A stretch of DNA of 64,000 bases from NCBI RefSeq assembly GCF_006345805.1, contig NC_043014.1, forward strand, positions 18,600,001 through 18,664,000, given 5' to 3'. The notes below the pieces were generated by a model. The model saw nothing but the letters and a program-made list of their open reading frames with translations, did not search any database and was not told where the DNA came from. This document shows positions 36,932 through 49,264 of this stretch, piece after piece; position 1 is the stretch's first letter; every line of letters starts with the position of its first letter. A program made the position numbers and the translations under genes. Origin of the DNA: Octopus sinensis (Eukaryota).

Positions 36932-37110
36932 ATATGTGACAGTTATTCGGTAGCCATGATAAAACTCCGAGTTTCGGATGTCGGGGCAGAAACCTGCACC
37001 GGCATCCCTTCAGTTATCGGCGCGATAACTGAAGGGATGCTGGTGCCGATTTCCGCCCCGACATCCGAAACTGGGAGTTTTATCATGGCTACCGAATAAT
37101 TGTCACATAT
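36932..37110. mobile_element. GC-rich palindromic MITE-like element
   Basis: 88-bp arms (36932-37019 and 37023-37110) with 6 mismatches and a 3-nt loop GCG; TA-flanked TGTGAC…GTCACA ends. Confidence 0.75.
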
Positions 37111-37112
37111 AC

Positions 37113-37229
<117 letters not shown>

Positions 37230-38944
37230 ATATATATATGCATATGTGTATATAGAACGGGTGTCCACGCAATTTCCGTCTGCCAAATTGGTAAGCAGCA
37301 GGCTCTTGTCCTAGGTATAGTGCAGTGAAACTGAACTCAAAATTCCACATGGCTGCTTTGCTAGCTTTTTAATCATACAATCACGCCTGGGAAAATTCTC
37401 TTACACTTTTGAATAACTTTCTGAAAGAATAGAATCAATTATCTGAAGCCTGACTTTACGAATAGATTAACGCAGTCCTGGACTTTGATGATAGATAAAA
37501 AGACATAATTAAATACTGTAAGCTATTTTGTTAGATTCTCCACGGTTTCTGTCATACACAGCCTTCGTTTGGCTCGATTTTAACAGCAATAAGATTGATA
37601 ATGTTGAATGAAATGGATAAGATTTTCTATGCATGCCAGTGGTCAGTATTTGAATATATATGAATGTGTTGTAACAATGTCACAAAGCCACTGCTGTTGA
37701 AAGGAATAAGGTGCTTATATTGACCTGAACTACTTGCATAATAATTCATTTATTGTAAATGCAAGGAGGAAAAGCAAGATGAACTCAACAGGTTTTGAAA
37801 TGTAAAACTGATGTTAATATTAATACTCCGAAGACGACGACGATGACAGCGATCTCAGTGCTCAGCTGTTGCCTATTTTATTGGTCCCCAAAAGGATGAA
37901 TGGCAAAATCAATCTCGACTGAATTTCAACTCAGAACATAAAGATGGACGTAATGCCACTAAGCTTTTGATCCGGAGTGCTAGCAATTCTTAAGAATGAT
38001 GAGGATGATGATGATGATGATCATGATCATGATCATGATGACGATAATGATGACGATGATGACTACGACTATGATGATGATTATTATAAATTTCGGAATA
38101 ACATGTTAAAATTTGAGGGAAGGCGTTTTAGTCGACTGGTTTAGTCGACTCCAGTAGAAAAAAGACTATATTGATCTCTCCAGTATTAGCACTTAGGACC
38201 TAAAGGTTCGGAAGGAAGGTTGTGAAAGGCATTTTCGTCATAGTCAAAGACAGTTTGGCATCAATGTCTGTGCTAATTGTATTGCATAATGTTTATTTAC
38301 TCCTAACGATTTACCTGACTGTGAAGCTAAAGATAAAAATAGCGACTAGTAACTTGGAAAGATTTTAAAATTTTCACTGTATTAGAAATATTAATTAGAT
38401 ATTAATAGATATTATTTCTAAACCTATAAATGCAGCAACTATTATAGCAACGCCTTTCCAAAAGTGTTTCTGATTGAAAAACAAACATGCAAACAACCTT
38501 GAAATGAGACTTAACCAAGTGGAAATATATAACGAGAAAGACTTTCATTACCTGTCGCTGAATCAAAATAGCACAAACAAGTTACATAGATATGGACCTG
38601 AGCAAAATAGTTAGTTGTAATATTAGAACTAGTTACTGCTAGACTTAACTCATGAAGTTATAACAAGGAAAGGACTTGCCAAACCTGGGAAAACGGTAAT
38701 TTCTCAATACGTTCACATGTAGATAATAGCGTACAATAATTGAACTAAGGGGAGATAATACCAAAGAAACAAATGACAAATAACTAAAGTAGAGACTGTG
38801 AAAAGAAATGTTACTGCAAATAATACAACATAACCTACACAGCTGGTGAACATAAGAGAAACACAGCATAAAGAGTTACACAGCACAGATGAAGTTACAA
38901 TAAGCACAACACAGCTTCAAATCTAAAAAAGCTAGGTAATAATA

Positions 38945-39130
38945 GTTTCAAAGTTTGGCACAAAGCCAGCAAATTAGAAGTGGGAGGGTTAATTCAGTTA
39001 CATCGATACCAGTATTCAGCTGCTCACTTACTTTATCGACTCCGAAAGGATGGGAGGTGAAGTCGATCTCAGAACGTAAATATGGACGAAATACCGCTAA
39101 GCATTTTGTCCGGTGTGCTAACAATTCTGT
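38945..39130 (-). mobile_element. tRNA-headed SINE family C; further copies at about 44105-44350, 44370-44570, 37840-37990 and 10235-10400
   Basis: The minus strand reads CAGAATTGTTAGCACACCGGACAAAATGCTTAGCGGTATTTCGTCC…GTTCTGAGATCGACTTCACC…; copies are collinear. Confidence 0.8.
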
Positions 39131-39544
39131 TTGACAAAAATAGGTAATATTATAATAGAAAAGAATCAATTTAAATTAATAATTTCAGTGACGTAGAAAA
39201 TATAATAATTAAATAAACGACTGAAAAATCAAGTTATAGAAATCGAAGGCAGAGGACAAAAGAATACAATATGCGTTAAAAGAAAGATCAAATGAGACAA
39301 GCTAACTACCGTGTGTTAGAAATAATGATTTTGAAAATAAATTCAATGAATGTAGCGATCTTTAATCAAAGAATGTACACCATACTAGATGTAGTACATA
39401 AACCAGCAAGTCTCAGATTAACGGAGAATATTAGATAACAGCAAAGTGGTTCTGTTTAAAGACGAAATATTCAAGAGGAGACAGAAACAAGGGTGTATAG
39501 CTGTGAGACCCAACAAGAGACACAAAAACCTCAATAAGTCACAT

Positions 39545-39890
39545 TAGAAAGGAAAGGACCTCCTTCGATCATGAATGACCATGGCATTGCTCCTAGAAAG
39601 TTTCCCTCCGAGGCACAAGTCGGAAAGGTTGCTAATGGAAGACAAGCTGTCGTCCATGCATACCAGTATCCTCTCTCTTCGCCACTGATATCGTCTAAGT
39701 GTAAGGCAAAGTTCTATACAGCTTGGCACCAGTGACGCCGCATTTCATTTCTACAGCTGAGTGACCTGAAGCAACGTGAAATAAAGTGTCTTGCTCAAGA
39801 ACACAACATACAACCTGGTCCAGGAATCAAACTCACTACCTCATGATTGTGAGCTCGTCGCTTTAACCACTGAGCCATGCACATTCACAG
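39545..39890 (-). mobile_element. tRNA-headed SINE family E
   Basis: The head is GTGCATGGCTCAGTGGTTAAAGCG…GAGTTTGATTCC. The GTGTTCTTGAGCAAGACACTTTAT domain is shared with the 7.6-kb SINE, but the tail differs. Confidence 0.75.
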
Positions 39891-40159
39891 TAGAAGTCAC
39901 ACTTGATGTAAGAGAAAGAAAGAATAAATGACAAAAGCAATCTAATTTATTTAGACTACTTAAAATTCAAGATGAACATAATCAGATCAGATTTATTAAT
40001 TCCACAACAGATAAAACGGAAAGTACACAAAAATAAATAAATTAAACAATTCAAGAACGATGTTTTAAGAGGACAAAAATGCAGCAGATTATAAAGTAGA
40101 TTAAATAAAAAAGAAGAAATGATGATACAAGCATTCAAATTGTAAAGAATAATCATTTA

Positions 40160-40600
40160 TCTTTTACTTGCTTTAGCCATTGGACAGTGGCCATACTGGG
40201 GCACCGCCTTGAACGGATTTAGTCGAAAAATCGACCCCAGTATTTATGTTTTTGCCGTTTTTAAAGTCTCATATTTATTCCGCCGGTCTTTAAGCCGAAA
40301 AGCTAAGTTACGAGTGACATAAGCAAAGCAATAGTAGTGTGACAAATACATATACACATATATACACAAACACACACACACACACACACACACGCATGCT
40401 CACACATACACGGGCTCGTACACATACATATCTGCATACGACAAGCTTCCACACAGCTTTCCTTTACAAAATTCACTTACATGTCATTTGTCGGCCCTGG
40501 GCTATAGTTAAAGACACCTGCCTTAATATCTGCGCAGTGTGACTGAACGAAAACCGAATGTGTTTAGAACGAGTTTATTAATCACATAGCCATGCTTGCA
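40160..40600 (-). mobile_element. SINE family A (older copy)
   Basis: Reverse-complement match to other family A copies. Confidence 0.75.
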
Positions 40601-41077
40601 GCTATAAATGGCAGATTAACGTACGGTGTCACAAGTAGAAATAGTCTGGTGTAAAATACAGGAATTAGAAAAGCATTATTAAGCGAATGAAAAAAAAAAC
40701 CGAAAATAAAAAAGCACTAAATCATGTGGTACTATAGCAATGGGTTTACGTCACAACGGAAAAGATTTTAAAATCATGAAAGAAAAAGGAAATTAGAAAT
40801 CACCAAGAATTAATAAACTCCAAAATTCTTAGATAAATCACTTTTATTACAATATCACAGTGTGCCACTATCCACCTCAAATGCATAGAAGAGCGATCCT
40901 ACCGAACATCACAGACAGGTAACTTTAAATAATGCAGAAAAACAGTTTTACTCTTCTAATTCGAAAACAGATACATATCAACACAACATAACCAAATAAG
41001 GGAAGAGCTTCGTAGAAATAACACCTTGCCTTATGAATTGAAAGATGGTAAAACAGAAACTCATATGGTTGACTATA

Positions 41078-41159
<82 letters not shown>

Positions 41160-41245
41160 GTGCTGATTATGCAAAAGAGCATTAGAAATCTGCAATAAGT
41201 AACAAACCTAGTCTCCGGGTGCATTCTTGGATTTATGGAATGGAG

Positions 41246-41303
<58 letters not shown>

Positions 41304-41397
41304 ACATTCATTTGACAGTGTGCCACCGAGTAACAACGCTGAATTTACTTCGAAAGTTGTGAAATTTGAGTTTTTGTCACCACATGTATGTTGTAGT

Positions 41398-41860
41398 CTG
41401 CGCTTTTGTCATGGATAGTAAATTGGAACAAAGAGTAAACGACAAATTCTGTGTTAAACACGAGAAGTCTGCTACAAAGACATTGAGTATGCTTCGGCAA
41501 GCTAACTGTGATGAGACGTGGCAATGTGTAGTACGTAATGTTTTGACTGGCACAGGCGTTTTAAAAGCCGAAGAACCTCCCTGGAAGACCATGAGTGATC
41601 TGGAAGACCTGCCACGGGCTCCACGAAATGTGGAGAAAATTCATCAGCTTGTGTATGAGGATCGTCGGAGGACAATCAGTGACATTGCTGATGTTGTCGG
41701 TCTGTCGTATGGGTGCGTGTAGGCAATACAAATGTCTGACTTGAACACGCAGCCAGTCTCTAGCAAGTTTGCCCTCCCACCTGCAGACAACTGAGCAGTA
41801 AGAACGTCGAAATATGTCAAGATCTTCTTCAACGTCCCACTGATGATTAATTTTCCATAC
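41398..41860 (+). mobile_element. mariner transposase N-terminal (HTH) remnant
   Basis: MDSKLEQRVNDKFCVKHEKSATKTLSML…FDWHRRFK…SLED…SGRP…HQLVYEDRRRTISDIADVVGLSYG is a mariner-type bipartite HTH; frameshifted and truncated. Confidence 0.85.
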
Positions 41861-41949
41861 GTTGAATGTCGTGGGTGGCAGTCACAAACAATTGTCATGA
41901 AAACCGAAACGCCTGTGCATCTCGTGGAGGTTATAAATATAAAAATCAA

Positions 41950-43172
41950 CTTGAACTGCATCCTGGAATTCGTAATTTGGATGCATCAGGTATGACTCGA
42001 TTGTCAGCAGAGAGAACAAGCTACCAGCCGATTGCAAGCAGAGCAGTGTGCCTTGGTTGTTGCGAAAGCTTACAATGTCTATGTCAGTACCATCTATCGT
42101 CTGTAAAAGCGATACAACACCCACGTTACTGCAGACAATGCCCGCAGAAGGATCTCCCAGGTGACCACGCCCAGGCACGACTGCTTCATCCAGCTGCAAC
42201 ACCTCCATGATCGCTTCAAACCGGCCAGCGTGACATCTCGCGAGATCATTGGCATTGGACAGCGATCCATCAGCAACGACACGATACGGCGTCGACTGGC
42301 CGCCAACAATCTGCGTTGCCATTTTCCTGCTCAAGGGCCTGTACTCACCACCCGCCACCCTCATGCACGACTACAGTGGGCTACACAGTACCAACATTGG
42401 GGGCATTAACAATGGAGGTCAACAGTCTTCTCTGATGAGAGCCAGTACTGCGTCTGCACGTCGAGTGACAGAGTCAGGGTGTGGCGTAGGAGAGGTGAAA
42501 GCTATAGAGACGCATGTGTCATGGAGAGAGACGCGTGGGGTGGCCAAAGCATCATGGTTTGGGGTGCTGTAGGCCTGAATCAGAGAATTGGGCTCCAATG
42601 CTGGTGAAGACAGAGGGAATGGCATCACAGCACAGCGCTACGTTGAACAGATTCTAAGACCTCGCATCGTGTCCCTCTCGTCACCATAGCTACGTGTTCT
42701 AGTAGGACAATGCTCCTTCGCACGCGTCAAGGGTCGTCATGGACTTCCTGAATCAGTACAAAGTCAGAACCAATCTGTGGCCGGCTAGCAGCCCGAATTT
42801 GAACCCAGTTGAACACTTGTGGGATGAAATCCAGAGATGGTGGTCCCAAAGCCGACAACTCGTGTGGATCTGGAAGTAGCTTTCCTCAGGGTTTGGGCAC
42901 AGGTGCCAATGGCTTTTGCGAACCGCCTCATGCACTGCATGTACCGACAGTGTATGGCCGTTTTGAACACCCAGGGAGGGTGTACACGGTATTGAACATG
43001 TCAAGCCCTATAATCTCGATGTGCTGGACCCGCCCACTACCAGAACATAGACTGTGGTCAAAGTGCATCTAAGTAATTGATTTTATCAAATCTATCAAAA
43101 TTTATCTCTGACATGATGAAATTAAAACATTTCGCAGTCATACACATCTCGTGTTTCTATTGCAGTTCAGTG
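41950..43172 (+). mobile_element. Tc1-like (DD34E) transposon remnant with right end
   Basis: …TIRRRLAANNLR…VFSDES…VRVWRRRGE…SIMVWGA…DNAPSH…WPASSPNLNPVEHLWDEIQR, with 34 residues between D and E. It ends …TTGCAGTTCAGTG|TA at 43172; the left TIR was not found. Confidence 0.92.
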
Positions 43173-43559
43173 TATGTTTTTACTGCAACAATTTCACATT
43201 GATCTATATGCAGTTATGCACCTAGTCGCTGCAATTTCATCAAGGGTCCATCACTTGCGAGTCTTCAAAGCGAAGTAATTCAAACATGCTTCATGTGTTG
43301 GTATTCAGTTGAAGATGGTAGCGTTACTTTTTAAATGGAATTGAGTTCTGGTCTTATAATCTCCTCTAGTGGTAATACAGTTGAATTGTGGTTTTAAAAT
43401 ATTTATTTACATTGCATTTAATTGTAGAACTTTTGTTTACAATTTGCATTTAACTCATTTTGAGTTTATAGCATCAATTGATATTATTGTTATTACAATT
43501 ATAATTTTATTTATTTGTATTACGATCATTTATCCTTATTATTGCCTTATTATAACGTT

Positions 43560-44010
43560 TTGCCTTACAAATTATTTCTTTACTAATTATTTTAGTGCCC
43601 AATTTAGTTTACTAAGGCTGGTAGTATTCATTTTGTTCTTATTCCTAAACGAAAGTAAATGATTAGCAATTCTCTGCTTAATCTAACATGAGCTGGCTTC
43701 TGTATATAAATACTCGCTATTCTCTGAGGTAATCTTACATCTGTATACGATACTTTTATGCCTTCAATTAGAGTTAAGTGGACAGACCCTGTTCCTTGCA
43801 CAACCGCAATTAATAGCTCTACTCCTTCCGTTAATAGTATCCGTTTCATCTACTTTACATGTGATTTCTATATTCTCTTGTCTATCTACTAAGCTAGTAG
43901 TCTTTTGCACATAGTCAGTATTCTGAGTACTGTGGTCCTTAGGATTCACATCGACTTCTAGGCTAATGGGAGAGTTCACTGGAGTCTCTTCTATTTTATT
44001 GGCTGTCAAA
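43560..44010 (-). pseudogene. Penelope-like GIY-YIG endonuclease fragment
   Basis: INCGCARNRVCPLNSN*RHKSIVYRCKITSENSEYLYTEASSC*IKQRIANHLLSFRNKNKMNTTSLSKLNW: Cys-rich linker plus a decayed GIY-YIG. Confidence 0.8.
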
Positions 44011-45559
44011 CTATAGTTCCTTTATAAGTATGTATTTATTTGTTAACTATTTCATCCCAGCAATTACAGACTCAACATCATAAATTGGAGGTAAAGTGAA
44101 TTAAAGACCGAAGAAAAAGTTAGAACTATTTGCTTCAAATTTTGAAGCAAGGCCAGCAATTTCTAGGGAGGGAATAAGTCGATTACATCAACTCCTCCAA
44201 TGCTAACCAGGTACTTATTTTATCAACCCTGATGGGATGAAAGACAAAGTCGAACTCGGAGAAATTTGGGCTTGTAACGTAAAGACATGCGAAATGCCGC
44301 TAAGCATTTTGTCCGCTATGCTGCCGAATCTGTCAGCTCATCACCATTAATATAAGAAAATATTGTTTTCAAATTTTTGCACAACACCAGCAGTTTTATG
44401 GGAGGGGCTAGTCAATTGGATCATCCTCCAGTGCTCAACTATTAATTATTTCTTCAACCCTGAAAGAACGATTCCGACCTCGGAATCGTTTGACCTCAGA
44501 ACGTAAAGACGGACGAAATGCCGCTAAACATGTTGTATATTATGCTAACGATTTTGCCAGTCCACCTCAGTAAACTTAGAAAAATATTAATAGCTGATAT
44601 AGCCAGGTTGGACACACGGTTATGCAAAATGTGCCATGAAAACAGAAGTAAGCAAGGAGAAACTAAGCAGTATTATAAAACATGGGAAACAAGCAAATAA
44701 AAATTAATTATGAATGAACACATGAACGAAATCGTAAAAATAAAGCGTTTTGAACGATTATAAAAACATACATGGGAACATAAAATACCCAAAGTAAGTA
44801 CAGAAGATTCCTCATTCTCCACAATATATGCATGATTTTATAATTCCGTCTATAGCTCGCAAAATACATTTTGTGCGCAGTTCATACGATACATATCAAC
44901 ACAGTGGCAGCAATTAGATATGAGTTGAATGTAGCGTAAAAATACCAGGATTCTATAGAATAACATGTAAGAAATATAATCTCTGACATTCAACAACTGC
45001 ACACAAATAAAAATGAAGTAGTGGAGGACTACAGGATTATAGACAGCAGAGTTCATAATCATTATAGCTCTCTGTCGAAAGGATAAGGTCTACAGATAGG
45101 GGATTTTCAGTGGGGATCTTGGCCTTCCTACTAATTTTAATCCGTAGATTTACTTTATCTAATGCTTTTCTAGAAAGAATAGCTAGTTGTGTGCGTGCAC
45201 ACACACACACACACACAACCATACATACGCTCACACACACGCATACAGTGTGACTATAATTCTTTTAGCATGCATTTATATGGTCAATAATTCTGGTAGT
45301 GATATACCCATATTTCCTAAAAGTCTAATCTACACTTGTACGCACATAAATACAAAAGTACACACACGCACACGCAAACACGCGCGCACATATATGTATA
45401 TTTATATAGATTAGTTTAGCTGGTCCAAAACATAGTTTATTTGGGAGATAGATAAATAGCAGCTTTCTTTATTGTAATACAGATGTGACTAATTTGGAGA
45501 AACATTACTTTCATTATTCACACATCATCACTCTCGTAATGAAACACTTTGTCATTTTG

Positions 45560-45950
45560 GTTCAAATTGAAAGTGTGAAACTATTTTCATTTTCTAATGA
45601 AACCTGGTCGTTGTTGAGAATGGTATTTCAAATGACTATAGCTGGTTGTTGAGATAACGTAGAAAATATGTAAATGAAAATAAAGTTTATTTGACATGTG
45701 TAATTGATTTGATTGTTCTGGTCTTAACATCAGATGGTATGAACAGAAGCCATTTGACGACAACTTCTTGTTTTGGTACACTGTTCCAGGTTCAATCCGT
45801 GGAATATTGAAATGATACCCATATTCTCCATTCCACGAAATAGGAGTATACCGGGGAACATGATAAGAGGGGATGAGTCTGTGAAACACATTTATTATTT
45901 GCATGGGGATCCCCAACAATAAGGATGGCAACTTCATTAGATGTGGGCTC
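45560..45950 (-). pseudogene. Helitron RepHel N-terminal (pre-Rep) fragment
   Basis: FNEPTSNEVAILIVGDPH and …SWNGEYGYHFNIPRIEPG…KKLSSNGFCSYHLMLR match the conserved Helitron region preceding the Rep domain. Confidence 0.8.
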
Positions 45951-47140
45951 ATTAAAACATACACACGCACACACACATACACGTACACACAATCATCGAA
46001 TTGATAATATTGAAAATAGCAAAATGCACACATATGAAGTTCAAGTGAAACGATATGTACTCAATATATGTGCAAAACATACTTGCAGCGGCATAGTTAT
46101 GCTATTAAAAAAACCCACCAATTTAGCAAAAGTTTCTAAATGTAGTCAGTATAATTGCAAAACATATTTTCAGTAGCATAGCTACGCTATAAAAGAATGG
46201 CAAGTCACCAATCTAGCAAAAGTTAGTATGCGTCACCAATGTAAGAAAGTACAGAAAGTCAACATTTATTTGGAACATGTACTAAATGTTATAAAATTCA
46301 CGATTGAATGAATGTCACGGTGGAGGAAGTGAAAGTCCAAGAAAATTCAGGAGGCATAATTCAATTTTTCATGCAAAAATAATTTACTTTACAATTTTGA
46401 AACGAACACTGAACCAAGTATATAGAAAGGAAGATGCTGTTGTTGTGAACGTGAATTTAAAATATGTGCTGAAGGATGTATATAGCAAAATATAAGTTAA
46501 TTTGACACTACTATATAATTTTTAACTGTAACGTTATAGGCTGTAGAATAAATAACGCAGTAAAAAGGTTCTGCAATGTTGATACTCACAGTGACGAAGA
46601 AGCTTGGGAGGACTGTTAAAAATTATGTTAAAACTGGTTAGAAGGAGTGTAATAACATTTATGAAATCATATTGAAAGAGCCGTTGAGGTTTTCTACTTC
46701 GCCAAGTTATAAGAACCTGAATAAAATTGTTTTTCAGATATATTTCCGAGTATTGTGAGTGGTGTTAAATCAGCCACATATTCATTTTGGTAATACTTAA
46801 AAGTGAACGTTGTTGTTCGTTTAAAGTCCAGGTCGCAACTAAATTTTCAATATCAGAGTGTTTCACTGTTGGGCGTGAGAAAGTTACATACATAAACTAA
46901 GACACACACACACATACATTAACGCACATTTGACGCCTATCTGTCCGTGTGTGTATCAGTCGTCATGTCTATATACTGACAGACAGATACACCGTAATAC
47001 ATATATTTCTCAGTCACCGGCCAAACGTAGGTAACCCACGGACGAACACACTCATATAGAAAATGTGACGTCATCGTCGTTAGGGTGGTGATATAAAATA
47101 TCATTTATGATAGGTGACTAACAAAAAATAACAATCACCT

Positions 47141-47228
47141 TAGCAAGTGTCTTCTATTATAGTCTCGGACCGACCAAAACCTTCTGAGTGGATTTGGTAG
47201 ACGGAAACTGAAAGAAGCTCGTCGTATC

Positions 47229-47309
<81 letters not shown>

Positions 47310-47525
47310 TGTGTGCGTGTGTTTGTGCGTCTGTGTTTGTCCCCCCAACATCGCTTGACAACCGATGCTAGTGTGTTTACGTCCCCATGTCTTAGCGGTT
47401 CGGCGAAAGAGACCGATAGAATAAGTACTAGGCTTACAAAGAATAAGTCCTGAGGTCGATTTGCTCGACTAAAGGCGGTGCTCCAGCATGGCCGGTGTTA
47501 AATGACTGAAACAAGTAAAAGAGAA
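47141..47525 (+). mobile_element. SINE family A (5'-truncated)
   Basis: Collinear with other copies from …GCAAGTGTCTTCTATTATAG to …GACTGAAACAAGTAAAAGAG. Confidence 0.9.
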
Positions 47526-47875
47526 AAAAGTATAACGAGGATTCTCGGAAATTTGAAGACACTGCGCTGCGGAAATAGTCGAAGGGAAAGTTCTCCCGCG
47601 ATATATTTGAAAACAAATATTGGGATGTGCCACGTGCGCTTCTGCGCTATTTTGATTCATTCGTACTATCATGCTATGAATGGAAAAGTAAGCGCTCGTA
47701 ACAAAAGAATACGAAACGCATGTATCATTCGACCCAATGACGACAAGTGTGCTTTTACACATCTTTATATTTTATCCCGGCATTACTTCGGTAGCGCAAA
47801 GTCTTCTCACATCAGAATGCACTCGATCATTTTAAATATGACTTTACACAACACATTCACGAGCGCACACACACG

Positions 47876-47941
<66 letters not shown>

Positions 47942-48040
47942 CACACACAAACACACTCTCACTCTCGCTTCTCATTCTCTCTCTCTCTCTCTCTTTCCTT
48001 CTCTCTTTCTCATCACACACATATATGCCTATATATATAT

Positions 48041-48420
48041 CTTTTATCGTTTATATTTATTTGTGTTAGTTATTTGACTGCGGTCATGCTGTGGCACCGC
48101 TTTGAAGGGCTTTAGTAGAACAAAGTGATGACAGGACTTTTAAAAGTTTAGTACTTATTCTATTGTTCTTTTCTCTCGAACCGCTAACTTACAGACACCT
48201 AAACACACCAACACCAGTTGTCAAGCGGTGGACAACATAGATATATACATAGATGTATATATATATATATCCGACGAGCTTCTTACAGTTTCCGTCTATC
48301 AAATCCAATCACAAGACTTTGGTCGGTTCGAGGCTATTGTAGAAGACACTTGCCAGAGGTGACATGCAGTGAGACTGAAACTGCAACTATGTGCCTGAAA
48401 AGGAAGCTTTTTACCACAAA
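48041..48420 (-). mobile_element. SINE family A
   Basis: Reverse-complement copy. Confidence 0.8.
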
Positions 48421-49203
48421 TAAAGTATATATGGTCTTGATGAAGAAATTCAGCTTGAAGCCAGAGCTGTTATTATTATTAGAAAGAATATTATGACTCC
48501 TGTATTATAACTCATGATAAATGTTCCCAATTGGGTATAGTGTATTAGAGAAACACAGACAAACTTACTAAGAGATTCGGTAGCGAAGCAAAACTGATGT
48601 AAATGCGCCTGACTACAGCTGTGAGGAGAACAAAAATCTCTTCTGTACTGCTATAAAGATCCACTTATCTCATAAAATGACAATATGAAAATACTGAGTC
48701 TCTTTAGCTTACAGTCCAGAAAACAAATACGTAATAAGCCTTATATCGTTTTCCATGATGTAATTGACGATCGTGTAGAAATTTTCGCTCTAGCAGTATT
48801 AAAATAAATATACCGTTGGACAAAAACGAACTGCAAACGTAAGGAATTAAGGAATTACACCAGTGTAATTGTTGAAATAAACACATTATGATAGAAGCAG
48901 CATATTTTCTATCATTGCATTTGTCATTTGGACAAATGGAATAATACAAAATGGCTTCTATAAAAAAGATTGACAGATTAGCGAGAAACACACACATAAT
49001 CTCGTTGCGTAAAGTATCTATAATAGAACAAATACATATTGTATATACATAAACTCATAATGTATTTATTATTTATTTCTTTACTTTGACGATTTTTTTA
49101 TCTTCAACGTTTTTCAAGCATGTTCTGCAAAATATACTTATAGCTTCTTTTACGTAATCAAATTCTTAGAGTACTTCTCAAACTACTACTCCTGCTGCTG
49201 TTG

Positions 49204-49264
<61 letters not shown>

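Noticed and set aside
43766-43768. In-frame TGA at a position where Cys is expected in the PLE linker (CPLNSN*), suggesting selenocysteine as reported for Naiad PLEs
   Set aside because: A TAG follows 27 codons later and the GIY-YIG glycines are lost, so ordinary decay suffices. No SECIS was identified, and this is not an N-terminal-EN (Naiad) arrangement.
47502-48077. 191-aa ORF in a CpG-richer island
   Set aside because: It starts in a SINE tail and ends in (CA)n/(CT)n, with no recognisable domain or splice context.
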